Below, piece by piece: positions 21,331 to 30,362 of a stretch of DNA of 64,000 bases (within the stretch, counting starts at the first letter, position 1; the number at the start of each line of letters is the position of its first letter). The notes beneath the pieces are model-generated. The model had not been told where the DNA came from, did not search any database, and worked only from the letters and a program-made list of their open reading frames with translations. Where the stretch lies: the IMG/VR virus record IMGVR_UViG_3300028127_000003; one strand, 5' to 3'. The stretch is from a virus. Position numbers and translations under genes: made by a program.

Positions 21331-23004
21331 TTATTCTATAACCTCTATCTCGAGTTTAGAGAATCCATTTTCTCTATATATTTGTATCTTTTTATCAAAT
21401 AATTCATGGGGAAGAACAGTGTGATTAATTACGAAAGTATTAATCTTACTATCTTTAATAACCTGTGATAGAATTTTAAGAATATTGTGGACTCCATCTG
21501 CATCTACTGAAGATAATAACTCGTCTAAGAATAAAAGATTTAATTGTGGAAATCTTAACTTAAGTATTTTAATGATAGCAATAATTATAATAAAGTCTGC
21601 CTTCTTTCTTTCACCTGTAGATAATGTAAGTGGATTGATCTCTTCTCCTAAATGATTAATAAGACAATTAAACTTTTCATCGAATCTTATATGGAAAGGT
21701 AAGTGCATTGTCTGACCCATTGCGGCAATATTAGCATTAAGACCTGGTAAAATAGTTTGAATTGCAAGGTTCTTAACGCCATCTTCACCTAGAACCTCTT
21801 CTATTATTTCTAAGAAATTATAGTTACCAGAAGTTTCATCCTTTAAATTTGACTTTGATGATTCTTGTATTTCGAATTCTTCAATGATTTGCTTTAAGTG
21901 TGAAAAATCATTATTAGAATTTAAAGAATCTTTTATCTTTACTAATTCATTCTTTAAATTTCTAATGTTAGTATTAATAGTAGACACTTTATCGTTAATT
22001 GCCTTGTCCTTAATTCTTAAATCTGAAATATTAGATTTAATATCATTCACCTTTGTTTCTGCCTTTGAGATATCAGAAGGAAGAGATTCTGCCTTAGACT
22101 CTATTTCTTTTTTTCTTTCTTGGTGAAAAGAAGAGGTTAGTTCGCCTTCACATGTTGGACATTTATCAGTTTCATATAACGCTAGCTTTTTCTTTAATTC
22201 TACTAACTCATATTTAAGTGAAGTATATTTAGATTGTTTTTCCTGTAAGTCAGAAGAATTAGAAGTAATCATTTTAGATACTTTGGTGCTTGCCTCTTCT
22301 AATTTAATTCTATTAGAATCATATTTTTTAAGACTAGTTTTCAAAGATTCTATTTCTTCTTTGTTTTTAGTGTCAGCTTCTGCTAGTAATTGATTTAATT
22401 TCATATTAACTGAAACTATATTTTCACTAAGCTGGCTTAATTCTTTTTCATAAGAATCTAATTCTATTTTAAGATCTCTTCTTTCATCTTTAATCTGCTT
22501 TTGCATATCATTAAGGATGGAGAATCCAAACATTTTATCGATGATTTGTCTTTTATCATGATTTGTCATTGTTAAGAACGACTTAAAATCATTTACAGAT
22601 AAAATTATAATGTTTTTAAATACATGATATGGGATTCCGAATATCTCTTCTTCTAAATAATCCTGAACTGATTTCTTACCTGCTTTATCAAATTCAATTC
22701 CATTTAAAAGAACTTTAAATCTATTAGGCATCAAACCTCTCTCGATTTCTACTATAGTTCCTTTACATTGAAGTTCTATTCTTACCCATAATTCCTTATT
22801 AATTCTATTAGGAAGGTCCGCCATCTTAACACCTTCAACTTTACCGTATAGCGCATATACTATTGCATTGGCGATGGTAGTTTTACCATGACCATTTTTA
22901 CCAAGAGTTAATAACAACTCCGCTTTATCATCTTCGAATTCTATCCTTTGAATTGAATTTCCGTATGATGCAAAGTTTTTAAATTCTATTGATTTGATTT
23001 TCAT
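21331..23004 (-). CDS. gp46: SbcC/Rad50-like recombination ATPase
   Basis: GKNGHGKT, CPTC zinc hook, LSTGE signature, LFLDE. Confidence 0.93.
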   Translation of the reverse strand: MKIKSIEFKNFASYGNSIQRIEFEDDKAELLLTLGKNGHGKTTIANAIVYALYGKVEGVKMADLPNRINKELWVRIELQCKGTIVEIERGLMPNRFKVLLNGIEFDKAGKKSVQDYLEEEIFGIPYHVFKNIIILSVNDFKSFLTMTNHDKRQIIDKMFGFSILNDMQKQIKDERRDLKIELDSYEKELSQLSENIVSVNMKLNQLLAEADTKNKEEIESLKTSLKKYDSNRIKLEEASTKVSKMITSNSSDLQEKQSKYTSLKYELVELKKKLALYETDKCPTCEGELTSSFHQERKKEIESKAESLPSDISKAETKVNDIKSNISDLRIKDKAINDKVSTINTNIRNLKNELVKIKDSLNSNNDFSHLKQIIEEFEIQESSKSNLKDETSGNYNFLEIIEEVLGEDGVKNLAIQTILPGLNANIAAMGQTMHLPFHIRFDEKFNCLINHLGEEINPLTLSTGERKKADFIIIIAIIKILKLRFPQLNLLFLDELLSSVDADGVHNILKILSQVIKDSKINTFVINHTVLPHELFDKKIQIYRENGFSKLEIEVIE

Positions 23005-24116
23005 GCTTCGTTATCGTAATTATATGCACATTTATCATGCAAGTTTTTTAAACTAGTCTTAACTCTTTCTCTAGTTTCGTCATCATGTGGAAGACCATCA
23101 ACGAACGTATTACATAGGTGTAGAATGTTATAGTTCTTATAGAGATCTTCTATTTCATCCATATCATATAAGTCCTTATCTAAGAAAGAATCTAATTCAT
23201 ATATGTTTGGTTCTATTCTTCTACCTATTTTTTGTATTTTGTTTATTAATCTTGACAGTGCACTTGTTGTTGCAATATTAGAAGGAACATATAAATCTAC
23301 ATAATTATTTCTAATCTTATCTTTAAATTCACCAAGAGAAACATTGTAAAGACCTGTAAGATAAAACTTTACGAACTTAGGTGATATAGTATTTTCGTAA
23401 AAGGTTTCTTCCATGGTTCCTAGATCAACCATATCAAAGCCCTTAGTGTTACCCGAATCAGATCTTGTTAATTCGTAAGGAGTTCCTACTAATCTTAACT
23501 TTCCTTTAGTTTGTCTATAATGAATATGTCCTGAATAAACTGCATCATAGTTTTTATAAGAAATAGTATCTGTTCCATGGTGGTTTTTAACTTTAGAATT
23601 TAAAGAAACTCCTGAAACTTCAGAATGGCAAAATACAATATCTGAATTTGGAAATTGTGCAAGTGTTTCTGCTTCATGTGTGGAATCTCTTCTCCATGGC
23701 ATTAAGAGAACTTTCTTTCCTCCCCATTTAAATTCCCTAGGTTCCTTATATACTGCAACGTTAGGAATCCACTTTAAAGAATCTATTGAACTTACATCAT
23801 TGGATTTTTTAGCCCATATATCATGGTTACCGCATATAACATGAACTGGCAAAATTTCACCTAATCTTTCAAAAAGATCTACTGCATAGTGCAGAACTCT
23901 TAAGTTTATACTTTGTCTATTATCGAATGCGTCTCCAACCTGAACTAAAATGTCGCCTTCTTTGACATCTCTTTTTAGTGTTGGAATAAATTGGTTTTCG
24001 TAAAAATCTTTCTGTGTCTGTAACCATTCCAGAGAATTAGAACGAACTCCAAGGTGCATATCTCCGAGAATCCAGATTCTATTTACTGGTTTCTCTAATA
24101 CCTTTGGCTCTATCAT
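23001..24116 (-). CDS. gp47: SbcD/Mre11-like nuclease
   Basis: GDMHLG, GDAFD, GNHD, SGHIH phosphoesterase motifs. Confidence 0.93.
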   Translation of the reverse strand: MIEPKVLEKPVNRIWILGDMHLGVRSNSLEWLQTQKDFYENQFIPTLKRDVKEGDILVQVGDAFDNRQSINLRVLHYAVDLFERLGEILPVHVICGNHDIWAKKSNDVSSIDSLKWIPNVAVYKEPREFKWGGKKVLLMPWRRDSTHEAETLAQFPNSDIVFCHSEVSGVSLNSKVKNHHGTDTISYKNYDAVYSGHIHYRQTKGKLRLVGTPYELTRSDSGNTKGFDMVDLGTMEETFYENTISPKFVKFYLTGLYNVSLGEFKDKIRNNYVDLYVPSNIATTSALSRLINKIQKIGRRIEPNIYELDSFLDKDLYDMDEIEDLYKNYNILHLCNTFVDGLPHDDETRERVKTSLKNLHDKCAYNYDNEA

Positions 24117-24118
24117 TT

Positions 24119-24565
24119 TTAGAAAAGTTTATTTATGTTCTTTCTTTTTAAGACGTTTGTTTTCTTGTCAAGTTCTTGAATAAGGGCTTCCTTATATTTG
24201 TTACTTAGTGAAGAATAAAATTTAGTTGGATTGATATTAAAGTAATCGCATAGTTCTGAAAATAAATCTATTATAGAAAACTTTGTGCTTAGTTCGTCAT
24301 ACATAAACCCATACACTTCATTTATGTCTAATTTTCTTAATTTAGTTATCTGCTGAAATTCATCTACCTCATTAAACTTCTTAAATCTTGAAGCCTCTAT
24401 TAATTCATGAATCTTATTTCTGATTTGTTCACTTTCTATTTTATCTTCTTCGTCTCTGTTATCCGTGTATTGTGGATTAAGGTTAAATGAAATAGTTCCA
24501 TTTAGTTCAAAGTCTCCGCCGTCTTCGAAAGTGTTGTCAAATATTTTATCTCTTTTTGTTCTCAT
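24119..24565 (-). CDS. putative late-transcription coactivator (gp33-like)
   Basis: C-terminal half IIDLFSELCDYFNINPTKF..LS..YKEALIQE...N.L resembles gp33; ends in a clamp-type LF. Confidence 0.4.
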   Translation of the reverse strand: MRTKRDKIFDNTFEDGGDFELNGTISFNLNPQYTDNRDEEDKIESEQIRNKIHELIEASRFKKFNEVDEFQQITKLRKLDINEVYGFMYDELSTKFSIIDLFSELCDYFNINPTKFYSSLSNKYKEALIQELDKKTNVLKRKNINKLF

Positions 24566-24567
24566 AA

Positions 24568-25881
24568 TTATAAGCTGTGTATGTTAGAATTAGTAACTTC
24601 ATCGGTCTCTGTAAGTCTCATGTAATTATAGTTAATTCCTAATTTACATTTAGATCCTCTACCTTCACCGTCTCGTATTTTCAATATTTTAAGCCAGTAT
24701 TCATAACTAGCTCTCATCATATCGTCTTGTATAATACCAAGCATAATATCTGCAGTATGTGATAGACCTGCTGATTCTGCAACATCTGTCATTGTGATAT
24801 CGCTTGAATTATAACCGTTTCTTGTAATCTGTGTTGCTGTTACAATTAGCCATCCGTTTCTTACACCCATTGCTCTAAGATCTTCTGCAATCTGCTTGAT
24901 CTTAAGATATGTGTTTTCAGAATTAGGATTTCTAAAATTAGAAAGAATATTAATATAGTCAATAACTACTGCACCTAGTTTTATTTTTCTTTCTTCTTCA
25001 ATTTGCTTTAAGTATGCTTCAATATCTGGAACAGTCGCCTGTGATGTTGGAAATTGTTTTACAAATAATTGACCAGGGGGAGTAAAGCCGTCTCCTACTG
25101 TTTCTAATTTTCTTTTGATCAAATCAGAATTTTTAGATTTTTCTTCGTAGTCTGAAATATTTATGCTTAGTAAATTAGAACCGATTCTTTTCATAAATTT
25201 AATAGCTGACATTTCTGCAGTGATTACCGCAGTGTTTGTTCCCATCTTTACAAAATTAGCGGCATCGTTAGCAAGGTAAATTGATTTACCGATATTCTGT
25301 TCACCTACATAAACAACTAAAGAACCATCTTTATCATAACCACCATTTAAGGCTCGATCTAAAAAGTTATATCCTGTAGATACTTTAACGGCATCTTCGA
25401 AAGAGTGATCCTCTGGTTTAAAGAAGTCTAATCCTAGGTCAGAGTTAAATACGATAGAGTTTCTATCATTAATTAAAGTTTTAACCTTAGAGATGATCGA
25501 GTCTGCATTATCCGGTGTTACTTCAGTTGTTTTAATATACTCGATAGTATCTATAAGAGTATTATCAAAGTTACGCCATTTAATCCATGCTTCGGCTGTA
25601 GAAGTTAACCATTCTTCGTCATATTGGTCAAGGTCTACATTATATACAATATCTATAATAGACTCTTCAACCTTTCCTGAAATCTTATCATTCTTAATAA
25701 GCAGTTTCATTTGCTCGTTAGAAGGAGTTTCATGAAACTTATCATAGAACTTAGTAGCAAGGAAGTGTATTAAGTCAATATCTTCTGAGGTGTAGAATCC
25801 TCGTTTAATATTTCCTAGATACTTGGGTTTCTGTAAAGATAATTTAAAGAATATTTTTTCAAAATCAGGTCCAAATTTCAT
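24568..25881 (-). CDS. gp41: replicative DnaB-like helicase
   Basis: GEQNIGKS Walker A, TAEMS, VIDYINI, TATQITR, AESAGL. Confidence 0.93.
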   Translation of the reverse strand: MKFGPDFEKIFFKLSLQKPKYLGNIKRGFYTSEDIDLIHFLATKFYDKFHETPSNEQMKLLIKNDKISGKVEESIIDIVYNVDLDQYDEEWLTSTAEAWIKWRNFDNTLIDTIEYIKTTEVTPDNADSIISKVKTLINDRNSIVFNSDLGLDFFKPEDHSFEDAVKVSTGYNFLDRALNGGYDKDGSLVVYVGEQNIGKSIYLANDAANFVKMGTNTAVITAEMSAIKFMKRIGSNLLSINISDYEEKSKNSDLIKRKLETVGDGFTPPGQLFVKQFPTSQATVPDIEAYLKQIEEERKIKLGAVVIDYINILSNFRNPNSENTYLKIKQIAEDLRAMGVRNGWLIVTATQITRNGYNSSDITMTDVAESAGLSHTADIMLGIIQDDMMRASYEYWLKILKIRDGEGRGSKCKLGINYNYMRLTETDEVTNSNIHSL

Positions 25882-25891
25882 ATTATAGTTT

Positions 25892-26485
25892 TTATACTTG
25901 TTCTACCACTAAATCACCATTTGTTTTTGCAAAAGGTACATCTGACCATAAATTAATTGCAATTGCCTTTCTAGTTCCCTTAGTAACCGTATCGACTGCA
26001 TGGACATCATCACCTGCTCTAAATATAATTAATCTATTAGGTCGGGTTTGAATTACATCAGGCGCTTTATCCTTTCCTGCAGTATGAACTATTAATTCTC
26101 CTCCTTCAAACTCAGGCTGTGGCGGATAATATACAGTGCCTATTACAGGTCTTACTATTTCTTCTCCGTTGGTTTTCTTGAACCAAGATTCATCTTTATC
26201 AAAATGAAATCCTAAATTGTCCTTATGTCCTAATGTAGGATTAGCAGACTGAATACCTGTCCAATATTCAAATCCTGCTATATCCCATACTTCAGATATT
26301 GGGCAATCATTTGCCCAAATAGCTGATATAAGCCTTTGTTTTACTGTAGGTTCATGGCCTGGTTCTTCGTTGAACCATCCTTTCCACCAGTAATAAACAC
26401 CTGGATCTGCAAAAAATGTGTTATCATTTGCAATATCTCTGAGGAGTTTTTCATCTTTAATAAAGTTGTCTCTAATTGTTATCAT
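25892..26485 (-). CDS. 2OG-Fe(II) oxygenase (prolyl hydroxylase-like)
   Basis: HFD (HxD), GGEL, PNRLIIF, HAV..V..G.R.AI. Confidence 0.85.
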   Translation of the reverse strand: MITIRDNFIKDEKLLRDIANDNTFFADPGVYYWWKGWFNEEPGHEPTVKQRLISAIWANDCPISEVWDIAGFEYWTGIQSANPTLGHKDNLGFHFDKDESWFKKTNGEEIVRPVIGTVYYPPQPEFEGGELIVHTAGKDKAPDVIQTRPNRLIIFRAGDDVHAVDTVTKGTRKAIAINLWSDVPFAKTNGDLVVEQV

Positions 26486-26793
26486 AGGAATGGGTTAATT
26501 AATATTTTATAAGCTTCTTTACCTTCGTTCGAATTGGTTTGTTCTATTAGTCCCATACCAATTGCTTCATTTAATCCGGATTCTACATTTTCATTTTTCC
26601 CCTTTGCGAAATATTTATTGAGAGCATGTTTGGTGAAAGACGCCTTTTGTCTGTCAGGCTGTCTCACTGCTCTAGTTATAAATATATGCATAATGTCAAA
26701 TGCATCGGGAAAAGATTCTAATTCTTCTTGTATTCCCAGAATATATTTAATTGGAAGCTTATCTTCGTTTATCTTGTTTATGTTCAACTTCAT
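26482..26793 (-). CDS. hypothetical protein (possible winged helix)
   Basis: 103 aa ORF overlapping its neighbours in an operon. Confidence 0.75.
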   Translation of the reverse strand: MKLNINKINEDKLPIKYILGIQEELESFPDAFDIMHIFITRAVRQPDRQKASFTKHALNKYFAKGKNENVESGLNEAIGMGLIEQTNSNEGKEAYKILINPFL

Positions 26794-27902
26794 TATGCTT
26801 CACTATCTTCTAACATTTCTTCTACGTCAATTTCAGAAATTTCAGTGTTGTAATTAAACAAAGGTTGAATGTGCGATTCGATTTGCTCTAGTACGGTTTG
26901 TGTAAATACCATTTCAGAAAAGAAATCTTTATTCGCAACAGTATGATCTAGGTGTTTACATATCCATGTTCTTGCTGTTGCCTTTGGAATCTTTTCTCCT
27001 TTTACAATATTTCCTCTAGTAATTCCACAAATATCCCATGTAGCATATTGTTCTAATCCAACATAAGGATTCATACCTTCTGTAAAGTTTAAGTGAAACT
27101 TAATAGGATGTGGCTTTGCAAATCTATTTTTATCAGGTTTAGCCGTAACTATAATACCTACTTTTTCAGCTCCGTCCTTTAATTGAGCCTTGTTTAACAT
27201 CAGTACAATTGATGCTGCATACTGTGGTCCTGTTCCACCACCTGCGATTTGCATTGGAATAAAGGATTGAGATTGGTATGTATGGTTTGTAAATAAGAAA
27301 GGTATTTTAAGATCTGCTAATGGAGTCATTATAATTCTAAAGATAGATTTTAAAACCTTAGATCTAGTCATATCTGATTTGTCAGAACCACTTGCTGCAT
27401 CTGCTATTTCTTTCGCAGTCGCTAAGTTACCGGCTGAATCTAAAATAATCATTACTTTAGGAACTTCACCACCTGCTCTTTTAGCATCTTGCATTTTCTT
27501 AGTAATTGTAGTTACAGAAGTTCTAAAATCTTGAACTGTATTTGTAGGTTGGTAATTTACTTTGGAAGTATCAATTCCAAACTTTTCCATTTGTTCCTTA
27601 TCAACGGCTGCTTCAGAATCATAATAAATTACACTATATCCTTTATCAATAGCTTCTCTAACTGTGTTTAACATTAAGAATGTTTTACCTGTTCCTGAAG
27701 GACCAGCGATAGATGATGATCTATTGTTTGGCCATCCTTTAAATAATGAACCTGATACACATGCGTTCAAATGATAATTTCCTGTGTGAATCCAATCTGT
27801 TACCTTTGAAAAGTTTGAAGTTTCCATGATAGATCCTAATGGATTTAAATCAGCTAATTGCTTATTTAAATCGTCGAATGTAAAGTCTTTATTTTTTGCC
27901 AT
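26793..27902 (-). CDS. uvsX: RecA-like recombinase
   Basis: AGPSGTGKT, YDSEAA, ILDSAGNL, TNHTY, GGGTG..YAAS. Confidence 0.92.
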   Translation of the reverse strand: MAKNKDFTFDDLNKQLADLNPLGSIMETSNFSKVTDWIHTGNYHLNACVSGSLFKGWPNNRSSSIAGPSGTGKTFLMLNTVREAIDKGYSVIYYDSEAAVDKEQMEKFGIDTSKVNYQPTNTVQDFRTSVTTITKKMQDAKRAGGEVPKVMIILDSAGNLATAKEIADAASGSDKSDMTRSKVLKSIFRIIMTPLADLKIPFLFTNHTYQSQSFIPMQIAGGGTGPQYAASIVLMLNKAQLKDGAEKVGIIVTAKPDKNRFAKPHPIKFHLNFTEGMNPYVGLEQYATWDICGITRGNIVKGEKIPKATARTWICKHLDHTVANKDFFSEMVFTQTVLEQIESHIQPLFNYNTEISEIDVEEMLEDSEA

Positions 27903-28077
27903 TTTTAAATATGTTTTTTTCTTGTTTTCTTAGTGTTTCGAGTTCTTTAATAAGAACATCGGATTCCTTTTTCATAGAATCCATTTTTTCTTGAAGAGAA
28001 ACTAGCCTATTATAGAGTGTTTTGTATTTTGCAACAAATACATTCTGTTCTTCCGTAAGATTATTTGGATCAAGCAT
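27889..28077 (-). CDS. small coiled-coil hypothetical protein
   Basis: 62 aa ORF overlapping its neighbours. Confidence 0.7.
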   Translation of the reverse strand: MLDPNNLTEEQNVFVAKYKTLYNRLVSLQEKMDSMKKESDVLIKELETLRKQEKNIFKNGKK

Positions 28078-28246
28078 TGTTTTTTCTTTCTTCTATTTCG
28101 TCAAAGATACTAATTTGTTTAGGATCATTTGAAATTGTTTTTTCTTTAAAAATTAAAGGCCAAATCATTTTTCTTACCTTATCTCCTAATTCATAATTAT
28201 TAGGGGTTTGTTCAACCAATTCTATTATTTTACTTTTAAAATCCAT
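28070..28246 (-). CDS. small hypothetical protein missed by the ORF track (58 aa)
   Basis: Hand-translated MDFKSKIIELVEQTPNNYELGDKVRKMIWPLIFKEKTISNDPKQISIFDEIEERKNNA*; fills the gap after polB-C and overlaps the next start. Confidence 0.7.
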   Translation of the reverse strand: MDFKSKIIELVEQTPNNYELGDKVRKMIWPLIFKEKTISNDPKQISIFDEIEERKNNA

Positions 28247-28257
28247 TTTGTTTATTT

Positions 28258-29457
28258 TTAGAATAATGAAGATGAATATATTAGATTTCTGTTTAGTCTC
28301 TGAAGACCTACTGAAGATAATACTCTATTGATAGGATCTATTACAGATTTTTCAAATTGTGTTTCATAATCTACCTGTGGTGCAATTTCATAAGGATGGG
28401 CACCTGGTTGATATGCATACATTTCACATACATTATGTTTACAATGATATAATTTTAGCTTTTCGCCATTACCAATCATTTTATACTTGTTTTTATATTT
28501 TGGATTCTGATTCATTAAGAAGTTATAGAATCCTGCTGCCTTGACGTTCGGAGGACATTTTAAACCATATTGAAATTCTATCGTATCATCTACAATGTAT
28601 TTTTCAATATTATTAGTTCTTTTATTGAAAGCTATTTCATCAACATTAGACATCTTAAACTCTTTCTTTGCCGTTTTCAAAAAAGAAACTAATCTACTTA
28701 ACATCTCTGCAGTTGGCTTTTCAGATAAAATCAATTTAAGAGCTTCAGTCAAATGCTTTCTTGCTAATGTAGGAGTAGAAGATTGAATAGTATCAAATCC
28801 AATCGTCTTAATCTTCTTAAGAGAAGGGTATCTATCGTCTACTTCGAGCTTATCTTCCCATGCAATGTCTTGTAAATATTTCTTTTTAGCTAACCATATT
28901 CCTGAATATGCAATTGTTTCTAAATCGAAATATAAAAAGTTGTCTGTGTTCGTAACTTCGGCATACTTTGCCATACATTTCGTGATATAGTCTTTGATTC
29001 TGAACGTATATAATTCCATAATAAACTTATCAATTGGTAGTTTATTATCTCCTAGCCATTCAATAGATTCATACATTTCTTCAAACTGAACGTAACATGA
29101 ATCTGTATCAATATAAACCACGGAAGGTCTTACTAATTTATTCTTAATAGAAATATTGAAATGTTCATGGACCACAGTATCTTTAGGCCAAAACTCTTGA
29201 AAATATTTATTAAGAATCTTTTCAGAATATAGAATTGCATTCTGTCCTTGTAGTGTAATAGATTCTGCAATGTCTATATTAAAAAAGTGAAACCACTTAT
29301 TACCAAATGCACCATAGATCGAGTTAAGAGTTACTTTAACGGCCTGTTCGTATGCAGTAAACTTGGCGGACATTGTTTGATAGTGATCCGCCAAGGTTTG
29401 CATTTCATCCCGTGTAAGGTCGTCTTCGGGCTTGTTAATTAGTGTGTTTATATCCAT
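28258..29457 (-). CDS. gp43B: family B DNA polymerase, C-terminal half (fingers helix, palm, thumb)
   Basis: KVTLNSIYG (region III), YIDTDS (region I), KKKY; no exonuclease or region II. Confidence 0.92.
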   Translation of the reverse strand: MDINTLINKPEDDLTRDEMQTLADHYQTMSAKFTAYEQAVKVTLNSIYGAFGNKWFHFFNIDIAESITLQGQNAILYSEKILNKYFQEFWPKDTVVHEHFNISIKNKLVRPSVVYIDTDSCYVQFEEMYESIEWLGDNKLPIDKFIMELYTFRIKDYITKCMAKYAEVTNTDNFLYFDLETIAYSGIWLAKKKYLQDIAWEDKLEVDDRYPSLKKIKTIGFDTIQSSTPTLARKHLTEALKLILSEKPTAEMLSRLVSFLKTAKKEFKMSNVDEIAFNKRTNNIEKYIVDDTIEFQYGLKCPPNVKAAGFYNFLMNQNPKYKNKYKMIGNGEKLKLYHCKHNVCEMYAYQPGAHPYEIAPQVDYETQFEKSVIDPINRVLSSVGLQRLNRNLIYSSSLF

Positions 29458-29460
29458 AAA

Positions 29461-30216
29461 TTACTCTGCTGTTTGGCAAGTTGCAATCGTTAGCAAAGTT
29501 TCTGAATCATTAGATCTAAGAACTACTCTATTGTCTAATACATGGGCAGTGTAATCTTCTTTATCTAAAAGGTTAAGATATTTTTTGAATAATGTAACGT
29601 TAGTTCCTGATTCACCGTCATAATCTGGTGTTACTAACATGTTGTAGGTTTTTCCTAAAAGCTTTACACCATTTCCGTTTGCATTTATTGAGAACGTTTC
29701 TTCTTTATCTAAAGAGAATAGGTTTCTTACCTTTGCAAGTGAAGTGTAATCTAAATCGAATTTAAAAGTAGAAGCTTCGGTGTTAAAGATACCTTGAATC
29801 TGTGCATCAGTTAGATCTTTATAACCTAAAGATGGCTCTGAACATGCAAGTGTAATTTCTAATTCATCATTAAATATTTTGAATGTAGTTGCAACACAAT
29901 CTTCTTCGTTTTCAACGAATTCGATTTCAGCTGAAATAGCATCATAGTCAAATTGTTTGAATGCATCTGTTATTTTAGAAGCGTCAAAGAATGCAATCTT
30001 TAATTCTTTGTCTGTAGAGATTTCACCATCTTCGATTTGAAAAACTTGAGAAATCGGCATTCTGTGATGCTTAACAGCATCTCTTTGTGGTAAATAAGCG
30101 GATGCCTGTACGACACCATCTTTTAATTTAAAATAGACAAAAGAATCAATTACTTTAAGTCTATTAACGAAGCCGATGAAGTTGTTTGAATCGACCTTAC
30201 TGATTGAAATTTTCAT
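29461..30216 (-). CDS. putative sliding clamp (gp45/PCNA-like)
   Basis: 251 aa, two beta-alpha-rich halves, co-transcribed with polB-C; a clamp loader is encoded in the window. Confidence 0.55.
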   Translation of the reverse strand: MKISISKVDSNNFIGFVNRLKVIDSFVYFKLKDGVVQASAYLPQRDAVKHHRMPISQVFQIEDGEISTDKELKIAFFDASKITDAFKQFDYDAISAEIEFVENEEDCVATTFKIFNDELEITLACSEPSLGYKDLTDAQIQGIFNTEASTFKFDLDYTSLAKVRNLFSLDKEETFSINANGNGVKLLGKTYNMLVTPDYDGESGTNVTLFKKYLNLLDKEDYTAHVLDNRVVLRSNDSETLLTIATCQTAE

Positions 30217-30272
30217 GAATGTATAATTTTTATTTGTTTATTATTCTACACAAAAATCACAAATAGTTTCAG

Positions 30273-30310
30273 TAAAAAAAGTGAGGCCAGGAAGTAGCGA
30301 ACTCCTGGCC
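30273..30310 (-). terminator. terminator after nrdA
   Basis: GAGGCCAGGA-gttcgctact-TCCTGGCCTC followed by AC and T7. Confidence 0.8.
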
Positions 30311-30362
30311 TCGATCCGAGAACTATCTCGGTCCTAAGAAGTGGACTTAACCACAACTAATC

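Noticed and set aside
30273-30356. tRNA-like words (GTGGTTAAG, GGAGTTCG) or a SECIS downstream of nrdA
   Set aside because: No acceptor stem closes a cloverleaf, and nrdA ends in TAA after CLACDG rather than TGA, so there is no selenocysteine readthrough.
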